From Fidelibacterota bacterium (GTDB taxonomy: Bacteria; Fidelibacterota; UBA2242), in the NCBI GenBank assembly GCA_049975265.1, contig JBNGDF010000016.1, forward strand, positions 1-56,910: a stretch of DNA of 56,910 bases, written 5' to 3'. The notes beneath the pieces were generated by a model. The model was given only the letters and a program-made list of their open reading frames with translations. It searched no databases and was not told the origin of the DNA. The translations under genes were made by a program, and so were the position numbers. Shown here in pieces: positions 9,265-16,352 of the stretch (its first letter is position 1; every line of letters begins with the position of its first letter).

Positions 9265-10386
9265 GTGACTGTAATTACCCGACCGGTCCAGAACCGGCGA
9301 GACTTGAAAAAATTCATTGCCTTTCCTTTTGAAATCTATCGGAAAAATCCTTTTTGGGTGCCGCCGTTACGCAAAGGTCTTCTGGAGACACTGGACCGGG
9401 AGGGGAACCCGGCGTTTGAGACCTGCGATGCGGAATTCTGGCTGGCGTATCAAGACGGCAAAATTGTCGGTCGTATCGCCGGAATCATCAATCATCGGCT
9501 GAACAGCTACACAGGAAAGCGCCAGGCGCGCTTTGGCTGGATCGATTTTATTGAAGATATTGAAGTCTGTGCCGAGCTGCTGCGAACGGTGGAAGAGTGG
9601 GCGCGCCGGCATCATTGCGAAAGCCTGCACGGTCCGCTGGGTTTTAACGACCTGGACCCGTCGGGGATGCTGGTGGAGGGATTCGATGAACCGGGGACAA
9701 TGGCGACTATTTACAACTATGCCTATTACCCGGAGTATCTGGAGCGTCTCGGTTTCCAAAAAGAGGTGGACTGGGTGGAATATCAGATCATTGCACCCAG
9801 AGAGATTCCGCCGCAGATTGACCAGTTTGCCGGTCGGATCGCCCGTCAGAACGGTCTACAGATAATTAATCTGAAATCCCGGAGCGATATTAAAAAATAT
9901 GCCCGGGAAGTTTTTGACCTGTTTCAGGAGACGTATAAAGTACTCTACGGTTTTGTTCCGCTTAGTGCCGGTCAGGTGGATGATGTGGTGGCGAAATATT
10001 TTACCTATATCCAGCCCGATTTTGTGGCGCTGGTGGCTGATGAAGGCGGCAATCTGGTGGCTTTCGGCATCACGATGCCGTCATTGACAAAGGCGTTACA
10101 GAGATCAAAGGGGCGACTGTTGCCGTTCGGGTGGTGGCATTTTTACCGGGCGCTGAAACGCTGCAGGGTGGTGGATTTTTACCTCATCGGGGTGAAGCAG
10201 GAGTTGCAGGGCAAAGGCGTTCCGGCGCTGATTTTGAACCATCTGGGGCACAAGTTTATCGATAGAGGCATTCAGTTTGCCGAATCCAATCCGGAGCTGG
10301 AGGATAACCGGCGGGTTCAGACTCAGTGGAAGTTTTTTGAGCGGCGCCGGCACAAGCGGCGACGCTGCTATTTTAAGTTTTTGTGA
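9265..10386 (+). CDS. YghO-like GNAT-fold protein
   Basis: LKKFIAFP…IY…WVPPL, GRIAGIIN, RFGWIDF, GPLGFNDLD, YNYAYY, LIGVKQELQGKG, ELEDN. Confidence 0.7.
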   Translation: MTVITRPVQNRRDLKKFIAFPFEIYRKNPFWVPPLRKGLLETLDREGNPAFETCDAEFWLAYQDGKIVGRIAGIINHRLNSYTGKRQARFGWIDFIEDIEVCAELLRTVEEWARRHHCESLHGPLGFNDLDPSGMLVEGFDEPGTMATIYNYAYYPEYLERLGFQKEVDWVEYQIIAPREIPPQIDQFAGRIARQNGLQIINLKSRSDIKKYAREVFDLFQETYKVLYGFVPLSAGQVDDVVAKYFTYIQPDFVALVADEGGNLVAFGITMPSLTKALQRSKGRLLPFGWWHFYRALKRCRVVDFYLIGVKQELQGKGVPALILNHLGHKFIDRGIQFAESNPELEDNRRVQTQWKFFERRRHKRRRCYFKFL

Positions 10387-10420
10387 TTCAGAATAATATT
10401 TAATACGAGAAAGAGAACCG

Positions 10421-11587
10421 CTGAAACGGTATCTGCAAATAGCTACATCCTTTCTGACTATGCTGTGTATCGGAGGCGTTTATGCCTGGAGTATTTATAT
10501 GCCGCCGCTAATCAATGAGCACAGTTTACTGACAGCCCAGACCCAATTGGTCTTCGGTTTAACCGTTGCCGTATTTGCTTTGATGATGATTGTTGCCGGT
10601 CTGATGGAGAGGAGGCGAGGTCCCCGAATAACGGCTATCATCGGTGCGGCACTCTATACTGCCGGATATATCGTTGCCTCATTTTCGGGTGGTAGTTTTG
10701 GATTGTTGCTGGTCGCGATCGGAATTCTGTCAGGATCCGGAATTGCATTTGGTTATGTTACCTCCCTTGCAACCCCCATCAAGTGGTTTCCCGGTTATAA
10801 AGGGTTGATAACCGGCATATCGGTAGCCGGTTTCGGCGGCGGGGCAATCTTATTATCGTGGCTGACCGGGAATATGCTGAATAGCGGGGTACCGGTGTTA
10901 CAGGTCTTCAGAATCGTCGGTATCAGCTACGGCATTGTGCTGTTTCTCAGTGCTTTACTATTTTCGGTTCCTGAAAAAAACGGCGCAATATCGGATCGAA
11001 TTTCTCTGTCAAACAGGGGGCTGTTGCGGGAGACGACGGTATGGGCGTTGTTCTTGACGATGTTTGCCGGTACCTTTGCCGGATTGCTGGTGATCGGTAA
11101 CCTGAAGCCGATCGGGTTGCACTACGGCATTTCTGAAATCCAGGCAACCAGTGCCATTAGTTTTCTGGCGGTTGGGAATATGACGGGGCGGGTTGTCTGG
11201 GGTTTTATTTCTGATAAACTGGGCGGTCGGCGTTCGATTATCCTGGCACTGACTCTTTTGACCCTGTTTACCCTGTTAATAATACCCGCATCGCGATCGG
11301 ATATATTCTTTTTATTCATTCCTTTTCTGGTGGGATTTGGATTTGGGGCTAATTTTGTTCTCTTTGCTGCCGAAGTGGTGCTTCTTTACGGATCTGACAA
11401 ACTGGGTACGGTATATCCCTATGTATTTCTCAGCTACGGTTTAGCCGGAATCCTCGGACCCTCTTTTGGTGGTTGGCTGTACGATGTGAGCCGGTCATAT
11501 ACGGCGGCTATCTTTTTGGCGGCGATTATCTGCATCCTGGGTGTTACTGCCTTTTGGTATTTGGTTCCCGCACGAAAGCGGGATTGA
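10421..11587 (+). CDS. MFS transporter, oxalate:formate antiporter (OFA) family
   Basis: MLCIGGVYAWS, KWFP…KGLITG…GFGGG, GRVVWGFISDKLG. TM1 extends upstream of ATG 10460 to a CTG at 10421, so the start is uncertain. Confidence 0.8.
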   Translation: MKRYLQIATSFLTMLCIGGVYAWSIYMPPLINEHSLLTAQTQLVFGLTVAVFALMMIVAGLMERRRGPRITAIIGAALYTAGYIVASFSGGSFGLLLVAIGILSGSGIAFGYVTSLATPIKWFPGYKGLITGISVAGFGGGAILLSWLTGNMLNSGVPVLQVFRIVGISYGIVLFLSALLFSVPEKNGAISDRISLSNRGLLRETTVWALFLTMFAGTFAGLLVIGNLKPIGLHYGISEIQATSAISFLAVGNMTGRVVWGFISDKLGGRRSIILALTLLTLFTLLIIPASRSDIFFLFIPFLVGFGFGANFVLFAAEVVLLYGSDKLGTVYPYVFLSYGLAGILGPSFGGWLYDVSRSYTAAIFLAAIICILGVTAFWYLVPARKRD

Positions 11588-11623
11588 GGGATATTATCCC
11601 CATCTATTTTCTCTTATTCTTCA

Positions 11624-11655
11624 CACTATTTAGTTGCACATGCAACTAAATAGTG
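11624..11655. promoter_or_regulatory. Probable MarR-family operator
   Basis: Perfect 15-2-15 palindrome CACTATTTAGTTGCA-CA-TGCAACTAAATAGTG directly upstream of the MATE-marR pair. Confidence 0.8.
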
Positions 11656-11676
11656 CTATATTTGCGCCCTGGTTTG

Positions 11677-13056
11677 ATGATGAAGGATCAAAGTGGCAAT
11701 AACAATCACATTTTAGCCGACGATCGGGTGGGGCGTCTGCTGGTCAGTCTTTCCACGCCGGCAATGATCGGAATGTTCGTCACGGCGCTGTACAATGTGG
11801 TGGACACCATTTTTGTCGGTCGCGGTGTCGGACCTATGGCGATTGCGGGTATCACCATTGTTTTCCCAATCCAGATGGTGGTGATGGCGGTGGCGATGAT
11901 GATCGGCATCGGCGGAGCCTCTGTGATTTCCCGGGCGCTGGGTGCGGGTGATTTTGAAAAAGCGAATACCACCTTCGGCAATGTACTGCTCTCCATCGTC
12001 ATTTTCAGTGCGACTCTATCGTTTTTGGGTAATCTATTTATTGATCAGCTGCTGGCGCTGTTTGGGGCGTCGAAGACTATTCTGCCCTATGCCCGGGATT
12101 ATGCCCGGATCATTCTGCTGGGCACGGTCTTTTTATCCTTTGCCATGTCGAGCAACAACGTGATTCGTTCGGAGGGGCGTGCGAAAGTGGCAATGACGAC
12201 GATGCTGATCTCGGCGATCCTGAATATTATCCTGGATCCGATTTTTATTTTTGTTTTTAAGTGGGGCATTAAGGGCGCAGCGGCGGCGACAGTGATATCC
12301 CAGATGGCGACGGTCTTTTATCTCGTCTACTATTTTCAGTCCGGGAAAAGCAGTTTGACCCTGCATCTGCGGAATCTGCGCTGGCAGAAAGCGATTATGC
12401 GGGAGGTGGTTGCGGTGGGTTCGCCCTCACTGCTGCGGCAGCTCTCCACCAGCGTCCTGGTGATTGTTGTCAACAACACCCTGCGGGTATACGGTGGTGA
12501 TTTTTCCATTGCGCTGTTTGGCATTATGCATCGTATGTTAATGTTTGTCAGCATGCCGCTGTTCGGAATTGCGCAGGGGATGCAGCCGATCGTGGGATTT
12601 AACTACGGTGCCCGGCGTTTTGACAAAGCCAGACGAGTCCTGGCGTTGTCCATAAAAGCCAGCACGGCGGTTTCGGTTGCCGGACTGTGCCTGCTGTTCG
12701 CCTTTCCGGGGGCGATCATTTCGATTTTTACAAACAATGCCGAGCTGATCCGGATGGGCATTCCGGCGGTACGGATTTTCATTGTGGCGCTGCCGGTATT
12801 CGGCTTTGTGACGGTTGGTTCGACGCTCTTTCAGGCGATCGGCAAAGCCAAACAGGCGCTCTTTCTGACGGTTAGCCGCCAGCTGGTACTGATCGGGCTG
12901 GTGTTGATCCTGCCCCGCCTGTTTGATTTGACCGGGGTCTGGATGACCTTTCCCATAACGGATGTAATCATCTTTTTGGCGACGTTGTGGCTCTACATTC
13001 CACAAATGCGGGAGTTTGATCTCCGGATAAAGACGCCGCAGGGAGATGAACGATGA
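11677..13056 (+). CDS. MATE family efflux transporter (MepA-like)
   Basis: PAMIGMFVTALYNVVDTIFVGRG, RSEG.AK, NIILDPIFIF, GAAAATVISQ, QPIVGFNYGA. Confidence 0.92.
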   Translation: MMKDQSGNNNHILADDRVGRLLVSLSTPAMIGMFVTALYNVVDTIFVGRGVGPMAIAGITIVFPIQMVVMAVAMMIGIGGASVISRALGAGDFEKANTTFGNVLLSIVIFSATLSFLGNLFIDQLLALFGASKTILPYARDYARIILLGTVFLSFAMSSNNVIRSEGRAKVAMTTMLISAILNIILDPIFIFVFKWGIKGAAAATVISQMATVFYLVYYFQSGKSSLTLHLRNLRWQKAIMREVVAVGSPSLLRQLSTSVLVIVVNNTLRVYGGDFSIALFGIMHRMLMFVSMPLFGIAQGMQPIVGFNYGARRFDKARRVLALSIKASTAVSVAGLCLLFAFPGAIISIFTNNAELIRMGIPAVRIFIVALPVFGFVTVGSTLFQAIGKAKQALFLTVSRQLVLIGLVLILPRLFDLTGVWMTFPITDVIIFLATLWLYIPQMREFDLRIKTPQGDER

Positions 13057-13490
13057 GAGACAGTCCCTCCATTTCCCGCTATTTATCCTGTCTGTATCGC
13101 CATACCCAGATGTATTTTGACCGCATGTTACAGCCCTACGGGATCAGCTACGGCAGCCTTGCGATTCTGATGGTACTCTTTCATCATGACGGTATTCATC
13201 AGGAGGAGATCAGTCAGAAGCTGTCCATCGACAAAGGCACCACTGCCCGGGCGATTCAGAAGATGAAGGAGTTGCAATATATCAAGCGCGTGGTGGATCA
13301 GAGTGATCGCCGGGCGTACCAGATTTTTCTGACGGCAAAAGGGGCGGCACTGAAGCCCGAATTGAAGCGTTTGTCACGGGAATGGGCTGCCCGCCTGACG
13401 AGGGGCTTTACCGAAGCAGAGATTGAGCAGAGTTTTCGATTGCTGGAAAAAATGAGTCAGAACGCCCGGCATTTTAAAGAGGAGCTCTGA
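13053..13490 (+). CDS. MarR family transcriptional regulator
   Basis: DGIHQEEIS…IDKGTTARAI…DRRAYQIFLTAKG; ATGA overlap with the MATE gene. Confidence 0.9.
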   Translation: MRDSPSISRYLSCLYRHTQMYFDRMLQPYGISYGSLAILMVLFHHDGIHQEEISQKLSIDKGTTARAIQKMKELQYIKRVVDQSDRRAYQIFLTAKGAALKPELKRLSREWAARLTRGFTEAEIEQSFRLLEKMSQNARHFKEEL

Positions 13491-13540
13491 CGGCTCTTCC
13501 GGTGCCCTTTTCGCTTCACAGGCGGGTCCGATAATTTTGT

Positions 13541-13569
13541 TTGGAATTGACTGAAAATTGGCGTATTAT
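13541..13569 (+). promoter_or_regulatory. Putative sigma70 promoter of the polyamine operon
   Basis: TTGGAA-N17-TATTAT. Confidence 0.5.
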
Positions 13570-13663
13570 TGCGCGTTTTTTTACCTGATTCACGAGGGGT
13601 AAATCCCGCTGTGCAATCACGGTACGGCGTCGTTGAAAACCATTATAGGGGGATTTATGCGCA

Positions 13664-14065
13664 ATGGAAAAAGAACCGAGAGCCTACGGACCGCACTTAA
13701 TGCTGGATTTGAATGATTGCAATCCGGAGATACTTGACAATCTGGATGCCTGTTTTTATCTTCTGAATGAACTACCGGCAATGATTGGAATGACCAAAAT
13801 AACCCGACCCTATGTTTTTCGTTATGAAGGTTCCACCGTTGATGACGATGGAATCACCGGGGTTGTGATTATTGCGGAAAGTCATATATCATTGCACACC
13901 TACCCGAAGAAAAATTTTGTGTTTGTCGATCTGTTTTCCTGCAAGGATTTCGATGTTGAAACGGCGCGAAAATATGTGATTCAGTATTTCCAATCGAAAT
14001 CACCGAAAACCTTTTTGCAAATCCGCGGAACGGAGTTTCCTGACGCCGGAAACAGCCGCAATTGA
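13664..14065 (+). CDS. speD: Pyruvoyl-dependent decarboxylase proenzyme of the AdoMetDC (SpeD) family; possibly an arginine decarboxylase
   Basis: YGPHLMLD, GITGVVIIAESHISLHTYP (E|S autocleavage site), DLFSC. Confidence 0.85.
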   Translation: MEKEPRAYGPHLMLDLNDCNPEILDNLDACFYLLNELPAMIGMTKITRPYVFRYEGSTVDDDGITGVVIIAESHISLHTYPKKNFVFVDLFSCKDFDVETARKYVIQYFQSKSPKTFLQIRGTEFPDAGNSRN

Positions 14066-14066
14066 G

Positions 14067-14951
14067 ATGATGAAAAAAAACCAGAAGCACGCTCCCGGCG
14101 CCTTCGGCGGTCTGGAGCCGCCCGATTGTGATTACAGGACAGCGGCGATTGCGGTGTTACCCATTCCTTATGACGGTACCTCAACCTGGATAAAGGGTGC
14201 CGATCGGGGTCCGGCGGCGTTGCTGGAAGCCTCTGCCATTATGGAGCTTTATGACATTGAAACCGACAGCGAGGTTTATCAAAGGGGAATTACGACGCTT
14301 CCGCCGGTGCAATGTCCTGCCGATCCCGAAGAAGTGGTCCGGCGGGTTTATTCCGTTGCGCAAAGGATTATCGCTGATGGGAAGTTTTTCGTGGGTGTCG
14401 GCGGTGAGCATTCGGTAAGCAGCGGATTGGTCAGAGCGGTGCATGAAAGATTTAACGAGTTATCCGTTTTGCAGCTGGATGCCCATTCCGACCTGCGGGA
14501 GGAGTACAACAGCAGTCCCTTTAATCACGCCTGTGTGATGGCGCGGATTAAGGAGTACTGTCCCATCGTCCAGGTGGGGGTCCGTAGTATGGACAGCTCG
14601 GAGAGGAAAAATCTGGACCTCGACCGGGTTCTGTTTGCCCATGAATGGTTCAATCACCCCGATCCGGTCGGCTGGATCAATGCCCGCCTGAGTGAAAATG
14701 TCTACCTCACGATTGACCTCGATGTCTTCGATCCGGCGGTGATGCCCTCTACCGGGACACCGGAACCGGGTGGGCTCTGGTGGTACGACGTGATGCGGAT
14801 CATCAGCGGTGTTGCGGCACAGAAAAATATCGTCGGGTTTGATGTGGTGGAGCTCTGCCCAGATCCGACCAACAAAGCGCCGGATTTCATGGCAGCCAAA
14901 CTGATTTACCGGACATTGAGTATGATTTTTATAAGGGAGAAACAGCAATGA
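14067..14951 (+). CDS. speB: Agmatinase
   Basis: GGEHSVS, DAHSDLR, IDLDVFDP…TGTPEPGG ureohydrolase motifs. Confidence 0.92.
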   Translation: MMKKNQKHAPGAFGGLEPPDCDYRTAAIAVLPIPYDGTSTWIKGADRGPAALLEASAIMELYDIETDSEVYQRGITTLPPVQCPADPEEVVRRVYSVAQRIIADGKFFVGVGGEHSVSSGLVRAVHERFNELSVLQLDAHSDLREEYNSSPFNHACVMARIKEYCPIVQVGVRSMDSSERKNLDLDRVLFAHEWFNHPDPVGWINARLSENVYLTIDLDVFDPAVMPSTGTPEPGGLWWYDVMRIISGVAAQKNIVGFDVVELCPDPTNKAPDFMAAKLIYRTLSMIFIREKQQ

Positions 14952-15973
14952 AAAAACAGGATTATTTAAAGGAAACCATTCGTCATATCGATATAAAAGC
15001 ATTTGATGCCCGACCGATTATCGACAGCTATCGGCAGATGGCATTTCAGGCGCGCAATCTGGCAACGGCGGCGAATATCTACAGCCGGATGCTGCAGGAT
15101 AAGGATTGCCGGGTTTTTCTGACGCTGGCGGGTTCGCTCTTTAGCGCCGGGTTGAAAAATGTAGTGGTCGATATGATTGAAAGCAATATGGTGGACGTCA
15201 TTGTGTCGACGGGTGCAATCATTGTGGATCAGGATTTTTTCGAGGCGCTGGGCTACAAACATTATATCGGGACACCTTTTGTCAATGATGCCGAATTGCG
15301 GGAGCTGATGATTGACCGGATTTATGATACCTATATTGATGAAGAGGAGCTACGGGTCTGTGATATGACCGTGGCGGAGATCGCCGACAGTCTCGAGCCG
15401 CGCCCCTACTCATCCCGGGAATTCATTTACGAAATGGGCAAATATTTGGACAGACGGGGTCTGAAAACCGATAAATCGGTAATCCATGCAGCGTATCAAA
15501 AGGGCGTGCCCATCTTTGTACCGGCTTTTTCCGACTGTTCCGCCGGATTCGGATTGATTCAGCATCAATGGCATCATAAAGAGAGCTATGTCAGTATTGA
15601 TTCCGCCCGGGATTTTCTGGAATTGACGCAGATCAAATTGGACTGTGCCGAAAGCGGAATTCTAATGATCGGTGGAGGTGTGCCGAAAAATTTCACCCAG
15701 GATGTGGTGGTTGCCACGGAAGTGCTGGAGCAGGACCGACCGATGCACAAATATGCGATTCAGCTGACGGTGGCGGATGAGCGCGATGGCGCCCTGTCCG
15801 GTTCGACGCTGAAGGAAGCCAGCTCCTGGGGTAAGGTGGATACCACCTACGAACAGATGGTCTTTGGCGAAGCCACGATCACCCTGCCGCTATTGATCAG
15901 TGATGCATATCATCGCGGCGGTTGGAAGCAGCGTCAGCCGGCGAATTTTCAGAGACGGTTTCTCAGGGAATAA
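14948..15973 (+). CDS. Deoxyhypusine synthase-like protein (bacterial homospermidine-forming SpeY-type candidate)
   Basis: AFQARNL, VSTGA, IDRIYDT, PAFSD, GGGVPKNF, DGALSGSTLKEASSWGK, EATITLPL. Confidence 0.85.
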   Translation: MKKQDYLKETIRHIDIKAFDARPIIDSYRQMAFQARNLATAANIYSRMLQDKDCRVFLTLAGSLFSAGLKNVVVDMIESNMVDVIVSTGAIIVDQDFFEALGYKHYIGTPFVNDAELRELMIDRIYDTYIDEEELRVCDMTVAEIADSLEPRPYSSREFIYEMGKYLDRRGLKTDKSVIHAAYQKGVPIFVPAFSDCSAGFGLIQHQWHHKESYVSIDSARDFLELTQIKLDCAESGILMIGGGVPKNFTQDVVVATEVLEQDRPMHKYAIQLTVADERDGALSGSTLKEASSWGKVDTTYEQMVFGEATITLPLLISDAYHRGGWKQRQPANFQRRFLRE

Positions 15974-15991
15974 ATTGCGACGGCAAATTTT

Positions 15992-16128
15992 TCAATAAGA
16001 ACACAAGTGTGCAAAATATCGGTATGTACCCACAGACCGGCCATAAATAAAAGCGGGCTCAAATATTTGAACCCGACGTCTTGAACTTAGCGATTAAATA
16101 TATGCTCGATGCATTTCTGTCTTTATGA
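15992..16128 (+). ncRNA. Candidate compact 6S-like rod-shaped RNA
   Basis: Nested pairing by eye: 16018-28/16099-110, AGAC/GTCT and apical stem 16054-63/16066-75; A-rich bubble; CTTGAAC on the 3' arm; terminator follows. Confidence 0.4.
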
Positions 16129-16150
16129 CGAATATCACAGAATTGCGGCA

Positions 16151-16181
16151 TTTGCCTGTGAAATATGGCAGGTTTTTTTTT
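16151..16181 (+). terminator. Intrinsic terminator
   Basis: TTGCC…GGCAG stem followed by a T9 run. Confidence 0.65.
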
Positions 16182-16281
16182 CAAGAATCCGGAGACCGGA
16201 TAGATATTTTTAATGGAATTTGCCCGCAAAGTAGTGTAACATTACAAGTGGATATAGTAGAGATCAGACCCGGTTGGAATG

Positions 16282-16308
16282 GGAACTAAAAGTGCTTTTA
16301 TTCGTCTA
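16282..16308 (+). promoter_or_regulatory. ECF sigma factor promoter
   Basis: GGAACT-N16-GTCTA, about 45 nt upstream of the vWA gene start. Confidence 0.6.
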
Positions 16309-16352
16309 TAAAACGTTGCTTCCATGAAATGCAAGTATTGCGGGAGGAAAAT

